Assembly: GCF_963921235.1 (NCBI RefSeq)
Contig: NC_086097.1
Coordinates: 130,636,001 to 130,700,000, forward strand
Direction of reading: 5' to 3'
DNA from: Mobula hypostoma
Taxonomy: Eukaryota
DNA length: 64,000 nucleotides
In this document: positions 37,423 through 50,021 of the stretch, piece after piece
How positions within the stretch are numbered: position 1 is the stretch's first letter
Layout: every line of letters starts with the position of its first letter
The notes under the pieces: model-generated
The model's input: only the letters and a program-made list of their open reading frames with translations
The model's database searches: none
Told to the model about the DNA's origin: nothing
Translations under genes and position numbers: made by a program

Positions 37423-38209
37423 AATGGCTCTCAGTAATTCCCTTGGGTCACGAACATGCTTTTGTAATTTTTGGACAAACTATGCAAAAGAAAATAGCAA
37501 CTTGGTCAAATAGATGAAATAGGAGCAAGCAAATTGGATGGACGGATTGTATCAAAGAACTACTTATCTACCTGCACTATGCTGGATTATAAAAGGCTAT
37601 TAGGAGTCATCCCTATGATACCAGTCTATGGAGATTACCTTCAACTTGAATAAGGTGCATATGAATAGGCACATCCCAAGGACAAGTCAACATTTTACCT
37701 TATTTTTGGTCATGTGGCTGAATATTAGCCTTCTCTTCCTCTTCCTCTGAATAGTGCTTAAAGCCAAATTGCCCTACCCCAATTCTTTCTTGGGACTATT
37801 ATAATTTATTGTCCTCTCCTAGTTCTCCCTGCGGATGCATATGTGAGCCACTCTTTTGACCTTGTAGAAGTACTTGCCGGAGCTTAGAAGAATGATGGAG
37901 GGGATCTCATTGAAACCTATCAAATAATGAAAGGCCTAGTCAGAGTGGATGTGAGCTGAGCAGTACCGAAATATGCCTTTTAATTTTGTGTTTTACAGTA
38001 TGTTCTGCATTTTCACTTGTTTTTTTGGTTGCTGCTTGTGCAATTTGTTTTGCCATGGTGGAGGGGGACTTGATATTTGATATTTAATGGTTTTTGAATG
38101 GATTGATTCCATGGTTCTTCTTTGTTTTGTGACAGTTTGTGAGAAAGATGAATTTGAGAGTTGTATACTTTGATAATAAATGTACTTTGATTCTTTGAAA
38201 TGGGGTTAA

Positions 38210-39728
38210 ACATAGGCTTTGCAGAAGAAGCCAGAGAGTAGTTGTAAATGGTTGCATCACTGACTGGAGGCCTGTGACAAGTGGTTTGCCAAAGGGATCG
38301 GTGCTGGGCCTGTTGTTGCTTGTTATCTATATCAATGATCTGGATGATAATGTGGTAAACCGCATCAGCAAATTTGGGGATGACACCAAGATTGGGGTGT
38401 AGTGGGCATTAAGGAAAACTCTCAAAACTTGCAGCGGGATCTAGACTAGCTGAAAAATGGCAGATGGAACTTAAAGCTGACAAGTGAGAGGTGTTGTACT
38501 TTGGGAGGACCAGCCAGGGTAGTCTTACACAGTGAGAAGTAGGGCACTGTTGAGTGTAGAACGGAGGGATCTGGGAATACAGATCAATAATTCCTTGAAA
38601 GTGGCGTCACAGGTAAGTAAGGTCATGAAGGGAGTTTTTGGCACATTGGCCTTCAGAGTTCAATATATTGAATGCAGGAGTTGAGTTGTTACGTTGAAAT
38701 TGTCTAAGTTGTTGCTGATGTCTCATTTGGAGTGTTGTGTGCAATATTAGTCACCTAGCTACAGGAAAGAAGTTATTAAGATAGAAAGAGTGCAGAGGAC
38801 GATGTTACCGGGATTTAAGGAATTGAATTATAGGGAAAGATTGAATACATTAGGAGTTTACTCCCCAGAATGTATAAGATTGAGGGGAGATTTGCTAGAG
38901 GTATACAAAATTATCAGGGATATAGTTAGTGTAAATGAAAACATGCTTTTTCCTTTGAGGTAGGTTGAGACTACAACGAGGCCATGGATTAATGGTGAAA
39001 GGTGAAACGTTTAAGGGGAATATGAGGGGAAACCTCTTTACTCAGATTGAGAGTATGAGCTGCCAGAGCAAATGGTGTACGTGGGGTCAATTTCAACATT
39101 TAAGAGAAATTTGGATAGGTACATGAATAGAAGGGATGTGGAAGCATTGGGAAGGGTACAGAGGAGATTTACCAGGATGCTGCCTGGTTTAGAAAGTATG
39201 CATTATGATCAGAGATTAAGGGAGCTAGGGCTTTACTCTTTGGAGAGAATGAGGATGAGAGGAGACATGATAGAGGTGTACAAGATAATAAGAGGAATAG
39301 ATAGAGTGGATAGCCAGCACCTCTTCCCCAGGGCACCACTGCTCAATACAAGAGGACATGGCTTTAAGGTAAGGGGTGGGAAGTTCAAGGGGGATATTAG
39401 AGGAAGGTTTTTTACTCAGAGAGTGGTTGGTGCGTGGAATGCACTGCCTGAGTCAGTGGTCGAGGCAGATACACTAGTGAAGTTTAAGAGACTACTAGAC
39501 AGGTATATGGAGGAATTTAAGGTGGGGGCTTATATGGGAGGCAGGGTTTGAGGGTTGGCACAACATCGTGGGCCGAAGGGCCTGTACTGTGCTGTACTAT
39601 TCTATGTTCTATGTTCTATAAAGAACCATGGTCCAGGTGCAAGTCAATGGAACTAGGCAGATTAAGGGTTTGGCATGGGCTAGATGGGCCGAATGGCCTG
39701 TTCCTGTGCTGCTGTTCTATGACTCTGT
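38210..39728 (+). mobile_element. CR1 RT/3' fragment containing a younger CR1 3' insertion (~39130-39618)
   Basis: PKGSVLG..YINDLD..FGDDTK; the nested copy has an open frame (RVQRRFTRMLPGL..FFTQRVVGAWNALP) and a (ttctatg)n tail. Confidence 0.9.
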
Positions 39729-40729
39729 TGAAGCAAAACGAGTGAAGTAATTGCTGGTGCTCAGCTGTGGACATACCGTCACAGGCCAACCGGTGTGTCA
39801 AGCTACAATGGCCACAGCTGGGAAAGAATATGATAGAATGTTGCCGAGAGCGTCACATGGGCTTAAATTTCACATTTTCTCTTGAAAGCTGATGGGAGAA
39901 AGGCATGTGATTATGTGACTCAGTGATTCCCAAATTTTCATCAGTCTATAAGTGGGTGTTGCCATTTACAAAGCCAGAAACAACATTGAAAAGGAAGTCT
40001 GAGATTTAGAAAGCTTAAGTTGGTGGTGAGCTGCTGTTCAGTTGAAAAACAAATTACAATAAAACTATTATTTATTAGGAGGCGGTCAATTTTTAGTAAC
40101 TGGTTCCAGCTATAATAGGTAGTTGACCTGAAACCTGAGCAATGTATTGCTGCCTCTACATCTTACAGTTTGCTCACTGATACAATAATTGTTTCATTAA
40201 TGGATCCGGATAATGGGCTGCTTGTGGAATTAGACCACACTGTAAGTTTACGTTATGTTGCATCATCCTACAATGGCCTCCAGACTGACTTAAATCCAGG
40301 ACAAGCTTGCCTACTGCCCAACCAATAAACATGGGATGTGAATGGATTTATTATCTTCGATTCTCTCCAAAATAGTACCATGGGATCTTTTACCTGCCCT
40401 GAGAGAGCAGATGTGAGAGGCACTCAGAAAACTGAAAATCTTCAATCCGGAGACTCATTCACTAAAATCTGAGATCATTTGGATTTTGATCAGAGGAAGC
40501 AAGGGATGTGGGAATCAAGCCAAAAATTGTGTCATTTAAATAGAAGATCAGACATGGCCTTCCTGAATTACAGATCAGGCTTAAGGAGTTGGTTGGAATG
40601 CTTCGATTGCTTCCATGTTCATGGTACAGTGGGCCACCATAAAAGGGTTTTTAAGCTGAAATCTCAAAGTAAAACTGACTAGATCTAAGAGTGTAATCTC
40701 CAACAGGTGAGCTTAAGTGATTTAATACA

Positions 40730-41790
40730 GAATGTTGCCATGCAAGTTGATAGGATGGTAAAGAAGGTGTATATATTGTATGTTCGCCTTCATTAGTTAG
40801 GGGATTATTTTCAAGGGCTGCGAGGTAATGTTGCAGCTCTGTAAAGCTCTGCTCAGACCATACTTGGAATATTGTGTTCAGTTCTGTTTGCCTCATGATA
40901 GGGAGAATATGGAAGCCTTAAAGAGGGTGCGGAGGAGATTTAAGAGGGTGCTGCCCGGAGATTTGCAAGGTGCTCACTATCTTGTATGTGCAAGGACTTG
41001 GCCTCAAGCCATGGTGCCATCTGTTTACAGCCACTAAGAGAGGGGCATCAGGGCCGGTGCACTCCACCAGGGGCAGTGCTGCCCAGCATCCAGGCTGGAG
41101 TTGGTGCCCCCTCCCCCCACCTCCAGTATTTGCTCAGCAGAAGATGAGCTCTATTGTGGTTGTCTGCAGATTTCTGCAGAGTTGGATGGCTTGAGGTTGG
41201 GCTCTTTTATTGCATTGCTGTATCTCATGCATGCTTTGTGCTGTGTGTGAGTGTCGGTACTATGTTTTGCACCTTGACTCTGGAGTAACGCTGTCTCATT
41301 TGGCTGTATTCACGGGTATACCTGTATGATTGAATGACAATTAAACTTGAATGGAATTGAACTGATCAGAGAACATGTCTTAAGAGGAAAGGTTGCACAA
41401 GCAAGTGCTTTTCTCTTTGGAGCAAAGGAGGAAGAGAGGCAACGTGATCAGGGCACAGGTGATGATTGGATGTATTGACAGAGTTGACAGTCAGCACCTT
41501 TTTTGCAGGGCAGCAGTGAGATGACATATATTTAAAACAACTGGAGGAAGGTATGGGGGGGGTGATATCAGAGGTAGGTTGCTTACACAGTGCATAGAGC
41601 TGGGGATAATGGTAGAGGCAGATTCATTAGGGAGATTTAAGAGATTTTTAGATAGGCACATGAAAGAAAGAAAAATGAAGGACTATGTGGGAGGAAGGTG
41701 TTAGATTGATCTTGACTAGTTTAAAAGGTCAACACAACATTGTGAGCTGAAGAGACTGTACTGTGCTGTACTGCTCTATGCTCTACAGTA
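40730..41790 (+). mobile_element. CR1 3' fragment interrupted by a LINE-tail repeat (40957-41365)
   Basis: LCKALLRPYLEYCVQF; CR1 3' UTR ..ctgtactgtgctgtactgctctatg. Confidence 0.8.
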
Positions 41791-43094
41791 TGTTCCATGA
41801 AATAGCTCACTTGTACTGTAGCCCAGCTAAAAGCTACCAGGTGTAAAACATTTTAAGTAACAAATACATAAAATCAACCTATAAAATTATCCATAAAGAA
41901 TAGCCATTTGGAATGTTTTGGAAAGCATAATGCATTTAAAGACAGAGGTAGGTGCAGTCAATGCAATAACATCAAATCACTTAGACTTCACTCACAATTT
42001 CTAATATTCCTCCCCAACAGGTATTGGCTGAAATGGCATCGCGTGCCTTTGGTAATATGGAATGCATTCCCCAGCATCACAGGTTTTATGTAAATATGAT
42101 GTAAAGATAATTAGAAGGAAGAGAATATCTTCACGTTTTACTGTTGGAAAAATGATGGTAATAAGCGTAGCTCTAGATAAATTTTGTATTCCTTCAGTTC
42201 CCTGTCAACAAATCTAATGTTTGTTTTAGATCCTCCAACACTGAGCCAATATAGCATGGGTACCTGGAGTGATTGCAAAGCGGTTCTCCCATTGGACTCA
42301 AATGATGTCATAGGTGTTCATAATTTATAAACATCATTGGGAACCTGAGCTGCAATTACAATCTAATGTTGCTCAAAGGTGTCAAAAATAAAGTGAACTG
42401 TTAAGTCTATCACGGTTGATCGAGCCAATCATTTCTTTGTAATGGAAGACACGTGCATTTGATTCATGATGCTAATGACATAACAACAGCAAAGGAATCA
42501 AGCTATAATCCACAATGGAGCATGAAATACAGGCAATGAACAATGGCCAAGTGTAGTGGAAGGGAACTTGAGGAGTTCAGAAAATATATAAACTACTAAA
42601 ATAGACTTTAAGTGGATTATAGTCATTAAAAGCCCAGACAGCGCGCTCTGGCAGGAACAAATGGCTAAGCTATATTTTATGTTTATATTTCTATTTTATT
42701 ATACAAACAGTTTTCATATGATTTACCATTCTGGATGCGTTCCAGAGAAAGTCTGGGTGTACCAGAACTGCTACCATTGCACCACTGAAATTCTGACATT
42801 GCAGGAATAAGCTTTATACTAGCAGACCGAAGAAATCTTGAGGTCAGGCTATTAAGAAGAAAGTTTTATTTTATGGAGATATTTTAAGCTCTATTGCTCT
42901 CCTGCATTTTGAATGATCATTTAACATATACTGGCCATTGTTTCCTGGTAATTAAGAACAGATTCTTTCTTGATAAATTGTAGTGAACTGTGATTCATTG
43001 TACAGAAAGCTACCAAGGACACTTGTAGAAGCAGCTTTCATTTGCGTCGCAGCTTGACTATGGAAAGTGATCCTAAAAGGCACTTAGTAGAGTC

Positions 43095-46000
43095 TCCACC
43101 TATCTTCATATCATCTACGATCTTTGCAACAAAGCTATCAAGTCTATCATCCAAATCATTGACATAAAACGTAAAAACAATCGGTTCCAACACAGACCCC
43201 CATGGAACACCACTAGTCACCAGCAGCCAGTCAGCAAAGGCTCCCTCTAGTCCCACTCTTTGCCTCCTGCCAATCAGCCAATGCTTTATCCATGCTAGAA
43301 TCTTTCCTGTAATACCAGGGGCTCATAGCATATTAAGCAGGCTCATGTGTGGCAACTTGTCAAAAGTCTTCTGAAAATCCAAGTACACAACATCAACCAA
43401 ATCTCCTTTCTCTATCCTGCTTGTTATTTCTTCAAAGATTTCCAAAAAATTCATCAGGCAAGGTTTTCCTTTGAGGAAACCATGCTGACTATGGCCTGTT
43501 TTATCATCTGCCTCCAAGTACCCTGAGACCTCATCCTTAATAATTGAGTCCAGCATCTTCCTAACCACTAAGGTCAGATTAACTGGCCTATAATCTCCTT
43601 TCTTCTGCCTCTCTCCCTTCCAGAACAGCGGAGAGACATTTGTAATTTTCCAGTCTTCTGGAACCATTCCAGAATCTAGCGATTCTTGAAAAATCATTAC
43701 TAATGTTTCCCCAATCTCTTCTGCCACCTCCTTCAGAGCCCTGGGGTGTAAAACATCTGGTCCAGGTGACTCATCTATCTTCAGACCTTTCAGTTTCCCA
43801 AGAACCTTCTCCCTAGTTATGGTAACTTCACACACTTCATGACCCCAACACCTGGAACTTCCATCATACTGCTAGTGTCTTCCACAGTGAAGACTGATGC
43901 AAGATACTTATTTAATTTGTCTGCCATTTTTGTCCCATATTACTACCTCACCAGCATCATTTTGCAGTATCCCTATATCCACTTTCCCTCTCCTTTACAC
44001 TTCATGTATCTGAAGGAACTCCTGGTATCCTCTTTAATATTATTGGCTAGCTTACTTTCATATTCCATCTTTACCTTCTTAATGAATTTTTAGTTGCCTC
44101 TGTTGGTACTTAAAGGCTTCCCAGTCCTTAACTTCCCATTAAAATTTGCTTTATTATATGCCTTCTCTTTGGCTTTTATGTTGGCTTTGACTTCCTTGTT
44201 CGCCATAGTTGTGTCATCTTGCCTTTAGAATACTACTTCCTCTTTGGGAGGTATATATATTTTGCCTTGCAAATTACTTCCAGAAATTCCAGCCATTGCT
44301 GCTCTGCCTTCATCCTTGCCAGTGTTCTTTTCCAATCAATTCTTTTCAACTCATCTCTCATGCCCCTGTAATTTCCTTTGCTCAACTGTTTGTACTGATA
44401 CATCTGACTTTAGCTTCTCCTCAAATTTCAGGGTGAAGTCAATCATATTATGATCACTTGCCTCTAAGGGTTCTTTTACCTTACGCTCTCTGATCAATTC
44501 CTGTTCATGGAACATCACCCAATCCAGAAAAGCTGATCCCCTAGTGGGCTCAATCATGAGCTGCTCTAAAAAGCCATCTCAGAAATTCACCCTCTTGGAA
44601 TTACGTACCTATCTGATTTTCCAAATCGACCTACTTAGTGAAATCCCCCATGACTAGTTTAACATTTCCCTTTTGGCATGCATTTTCTATCTCCTGTTGT
44701 GATTTGTAGACCACATCCTTATTACTGTTTGGGGGTCTGAAGGTTAGTGGTTTAGTGGCATCAGCACTGAACTTCAAGGCAGATAGTTCTGAGTTCAAAC
44801 CCAGCTGGGTCCCAGCCTGGGCAGCAGCTGTATCTGTGCGGAAGAAAGGCCTGGCAGTCCACTTCTGTATCTTGCCATGAAAACCCTACGGACCCTATGG
44901 TCCATGAGGTCAGGAAAAGTCAGACTTGACTTAACGACTGAACAGCAATACAACCCCCATCAGGGTCTTTTTACTCTTGCAGTTCCTTAGCTCTATCCAC
45001 AATGACTGAACACTTTCTGTCTCTACGTCACCTCTTTTTAATGATTTAATTTAACGTTTTACCAACAGAGCCACGTCTACTCCTCTGCCACCTATCCTCT
45101 CGATACAATGTGTATCCTTGCACATTAAGCTCCCAACTATAATCTTTCAGACATGATTCAGTGATGCCTGCAACATCATACTTGTCAATCTATAACTGTG
45201 CTGGAAGTTCAGCAACCTTATTCTGTATTCTGCGCGCATTCAAATATAATACCTTTGGTCCTGTTCTCGTCCCTTTTGATTTTGTCCACCTTTTACATTG
45301 CAACTCATCCTGTTGACTTTAATTTTGCCCTATCATCAGCCTGTCCTTGCTAGGAGTCTCACTACACATTGCTTCTGTTTGTAAACCCAACTTCCTCATC
45401 TTCAGCACTACTACTCTGGTTCCCATCCCCCTGCCAAATTTATTTAAACCCACCCAAACCACTCCTGCCAACCTGCCCACAAGATATTGTACCCTCTCCG
45501 GTTCGGGCATAACCCATCTCTTTTGTATAAGTCATATCTTCCCCAAAAGAGATCCCAATGATCCATAAATCTAAACTCCTGCCCCCTGAACCAGTTCCTC
45601 AGCCACGCATGCACCTGCCGAATCATCCTATTCTTACCCTCACTGGCACTTGACACAGGCAGCAATTCTGAGATTGCTACCCTTGAGGTCCTGATTCTCA
45701 GCTTTCTACCTAGCTCCATAAAATCTCTCTTCAGCACCCCCCTCATTTCATCTACCTATGTCACTCGTGCCAATATGTACCCAGACTTCTGACTGCTCAC
45801 CCTCGCCTTTGAGAATGCCATGGACACAATCTGAGACATTCCTGATCCTGGTCCCAGGGTGAGGCAACGTACCATCCAGATGTCTTTATCACACCCACAG
45901 AACCTTGTCTCTGTTCTTCTGACTAAATAATCTCCTATCAACACCGCAGTTCTCTTTACCAATCTACTCTTCTGAGCCACGGCACCAGACTCAGACCACG

Positions 46001-46660
46001 GCATCAGACATGGGCACTGTGGCTCCCCCTGGTAGGTCATCCCCCTCAATAATATCTAAAGTTTTATACGTATTATTGAAGAGAATGGCCACAGGGGTAC
46101 TCTGCACTGGATGTGCATTTCCCTTCTTTCTCCTGACAGTTACCCAGTTACCTGTCTCCTGAACACTCGGGGTGACTACCTCCCTGTAGCTCCTGTTTGT
46201 CATCTCCTCATTCTCCTGTATGAGTCGAAGGTCACCAAGCTGCATCTCCAGTTCCTTTATACGTTTTCTCAGGGGCTGCAGGTCAGTGCACCTGGTGCAG
46301 ATGTGTTTATCTGGGAGAATGGACACCTTCTAGACTTCCCACATGCAGTACAAAATACTATCCCCTGGAGCCATGCTCACTGTACTATGCACTAATAGAT
46401 GAGGAATGGACAAACAAGAGCATAAAGAGAGCAACTTACGAGATGATCTACCTCTCCCAAGCCTGATCTTGCCTAAGCCTGATGAGCCAAAGCCACCCTA
46501 AAGACTGGCTCACTCAGGAAGAATAGCCACTCACAGAATGGCCACTGTGTTACTTGTATTCCTCTTTCTAATGAAACCCTCTTGCTGACTGATCACTCCT
46601 CAACTCAGAGAAACTGCCACGGAACTGAGCCTTTGAAACCTCGGTCACTGCCCTGTTTAA
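43095..46660 (-). mobile_element. CR1 LINE, 5' UTR to mid-RT
   Basis: CTRCTDLQPLRKRIKELEMQL; VLIGDYLVR; DHWDLFWGRYDL; SPGPDVLHPRALKEV..YLDFQKTFDKLPH; GVPWGSVLEP..VDDMK. Confidence 0.9.
44741..44948 (+). mobile_element. tRNA-headed SINE with RTE/Bov-A-like 3' tail, inserted in CR1
   Basis: A box TGGTTTAGTGG 44748-44758, B box AGTTCAAACCC 44792-44802; tail tggcagtccacttctgtatcttgccatgaaaaccctacggac..gtccatgaggtc..agtcagacttgacttaacgactgaacagcaa. Confidence 0.75.
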
Positions 46661-46724
46661 AAAAAAGCTCTTTTCACACACCCCTGGTGTGGATTGTCCA
46701 ACTCAGATGAGATTGTCCAACTAT

Positions 46725-48488
46725 TGGGAGTATGACTGAAGAGCACATACAGAACTGTTTCAAATTGGTGAACTGGGCTGTGTTCAAGCACTCATCAGAG
46801 GACATGAATGAATACATGTGGGTGACATGGACTTTGTAGTACACTCATGGACAAGTGTGACCCACAAAATCATTCAGAGTCTTCCCCAACCAGAAGCCCT
46901 GCATGAACCAAGATATTCAAAATCTGCTGAAGGCCTAGGTCAGTTGTATTCAGGAATGGTGATCCCGTGAAGTACAAGAGTTCCAGAAAGCCATCTCACA
47001 TGCAAAGTGCCAATTCTGGACAAACTTGAATCGCAGAAGGATGCTTGACAACTGTGGCAAGGCTTGAATATATCACCTCCTACAAAGCAAATGCAAGCAA
47101 CGTAAGTGACAAGCTTCTTCTTCCCGATGAGCTCGAGGCCTTTTATGCTTGCTTTGACCAACAGACCATAGAGGTGCCTTCACAAACCCACAGAAACCAC
47201 AACAACCCTGTGATTTCAGTCTCTGAACTGACGTGAGATCATCCTTCAGGAAGATGAATCAACAGAAAACATCCAGTCAAGACGATGTACCTGGCCAAGT
47301 ACTGAAGACCCATGCTAATTAACTGGCTGGAGTGTTCAGTGACATCTTCAACCTCATGCTTCGACAGGCTGTGGTACCCACCTGCGTCAAGCAGGTTTCA
47401 ATCATACTGTTGCCCACGAAGATGGTGGTAAATTGTATCCAGTAGCACTTATATTCACTGTGATGAAATGCTTGAAAAGGTTGGTCTTGAAGCACATCAG
47501 CTACTGAATGAGGAGATCTTACATCCATTCCAATTTGCCTACTGTCACAACAGGTCAACAGCAGTTGGCTCTTCATTGGCTCTTCACTCAGCTCTGGAAC
47601 ATCTGGGCAATGAAGATACATACATCAGGGTGCTCTTCATTGACTGCAGCTTCAACAGTATCATCTCCTCAAAAATAGCTCACTAAGTTCCAAGTCTGGA
47701 TGCTCAGGTTTCTCATTTGCAGATCCCAGTCAGTATGGATTTGCTACATCTCCTCTGTAATCACCATCATCACAGATGCCCCACAGGGCTGTGTGCTTAG
47801 CCCCCTGTTCTACTCACTTTATACTTATGACTGTGAGGTTATGCACAACTCCAATGTCATATTTGTGTTTGCTGATGACAACACTGTTGTTCGCCAAGTC
47901 AAAACTGGAGACAAATCTTCATATTAGAGGGAGATTGAAAATCTGGCTGAATGATGCCACAATAATCCCTCACTCAGTGTCAGTAAAACCGAAAAGCTGA
48001 TACTGACTACAGGAGGAAGAACCCAAAGGTCCATGAACCAGTGCTCATCAAGGAATCAGAGGTGGAGAGGAACAGAAACTTTAAATTCCTTGGTATCATC
48101 ACATCAGAGGATCTGTCTTGGGATCAGCACATAAGTGCCAATACAAAGAAAGCACAACAGCACCTCTACGTTCTTAAAAGTTTGTGTAGATTCAGCAGGT
48201 CATCTAAAACTTTGATGAACTCCTATAGGTGCATATGTATCCTAACTGCTTGCATCACAGCCTGGTTTAGAAACACCAATGTCTATGAATGGAAAAGTCT
48301 ACAGAGAGTGGTGGATAGAGACCAGTTCATTACAGGCAAATCCCTCTCCACTATTGAGCATATTTACAAGTAGTGCTACCACAAGGAAGCAGCATCGATC
48401 ATCAAGGAAACCCCACCCTCCAGGCCACATGTTCTTCTTGCTATCACCATCAGGTTGGAGGTATAGAAGATTTGGTCCTGTGTATGTG

Positions 48489-48532
<44 letters not shown>

Positions 48533-48665
48533 GTCTTCTTTTGCACATCGGTTGTTTGTCGGTCTTCATACATACATAGCTTTTCACAGATTCTATTGTA
48601 TTTCTTTATTCTCCTGTAAATGCCTGCAATAAAATTAATTTTCAGGTTGTGTTTGGTGACATATA
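46725..48665 (+). mobile_element. Rex1/Babar-type LINE, RT and 3' tail, degraded
   Basis: [67 protein letters not shown]. Confidence 0.85.
48480..48530. repeat. (TA)n microsatellite
   Basis: Read directly from the sequence. Confidence 0.95.
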
Positions 48666-49610
48666 CATAGTACTGTGCAGAAGTCTTAGGCACGTGCAAA
48701 AAAAGTTCTGTAAAGCAAAAGAGCTGTCAAAGATAATGACATGAAAAGTTTCTAAATAACAAAAAAATTCTATAAAGTGCAATAAACAGTAAAAAAACTA
48801 AATTAAATCAATATTTGGTATGGCCACCCTTTGCAGTTCTCTAGGTGCACTCAGGTGCACTTTTATAAGAAAATCAGCTGGTAGGTTGGAGAACTTTGCA
48901 CAGTTCTGCAGAATTTGGCTGTCTCACTTGATTCTGTCTCTCCAGGTAATTCCAATCTGTTGCAGAACTCCTTGTTCTTCTTTTCGCTAATGATAGTTCT
49001 TTATGACCTTGGTCAGTTGTTTGGGGTTAGTTGCCTTCCGGATGTTATTGCCTAAGGGATGGGAATCTGCGTGTCCTTCTCAGCATTGAGAATTCCATTA
49101 ATTCTGACCAGATCACCAAATACAGCCCAAAACCTGCTGGAAACCTCCACCAGACTTCACTGGTGGCTGCAGATACTCTTCCATATAGCACTCCCCTGCT
49201 CTTCTGTAGGCAAAAATTTCTTTGAGCCAAAAATTTCAAATTTTAACTTGTCAGTCCAGAACACTTGCTGCCATTGTTCAGCACTATAGTTCTTGTGTTC
49301 TTGTGGCTGGGTGAGTCTCTTGGCTATGTTTCCATTTCGGTGGAATGGCTATTTGGCAGCAACACTTCCATGAAGACAACTTCTGACAAGACATCTCCAG
49401 ACTACAGAGAGGTCTACTCGGGTTCAAGTGTTTTTTGTGAGTTCAGAACTGATAGCAATGCTGGCCATCTTCCAATTTAGAAGGAAGATCATTTTGATGT
49501 ATCTCTTGTCTGCTGAGCTCAGTTTCCATGGCCAACCACTGCACTTCTGGTCCTCAACCATGCTCGTTTCTTTGTGCTTCTGCAGAAGACCCTAGACAGC
49601 ACATCTTGAA

Positions 49611-49710
49611 CGTGATGAAGGGTCTCAGCCCAAAACATTGACTGTTTATTCCCTTCCACAGATGTTGCCTGATCTGCTGAGCTCCTCCAGCACATTGTGT
49701 GCATTCGTCT
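49611..49710 (+). mobile_element. 100-bp Penelope terminal-repeat mini-insertion
   Basis: Perfect 10-bp TSD ACATCTTGAA (49601-49610, 49711-49720); begins at the hammerhead core (gTGATGAagggtctcagccc). Confidence 0.85.
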
Positions 49711-50021
49711 ACATCTTGAATCTCCCAATGCCATAAAATTTCTGCTTGGCTAAGACCTTGTTGATGCAGGATGACCACGTTGGATCTTGTTACTTTGCTC
49801 ACTCTTGCCATGGTGTAACAAGATGGTTTGAAGGTTAAGCTGTTACATCTGCCACTCTCTCTCCTTTTATTTTGGTTGTCCTTCACCCAGTTTGATTCCT
49901 TTGACACCCGTGCCTGTTTCAGTTAAACAGTTTAATTAATTCAACTCTTTGTATCATTGATCATTAGTACCTGTTTGTTATCTTTGTTAAATCATGCACC
50001 AGGCTATATATTTATAAAGTA

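Noticed and set aside
48041..48373. Possible host-gene domain (FKFLG..DLSW..KKAQQ)
   Set aside because: This is the C-terminal region of the Rex1/Babar RT ORF, collinear with the upstream RT motifs.
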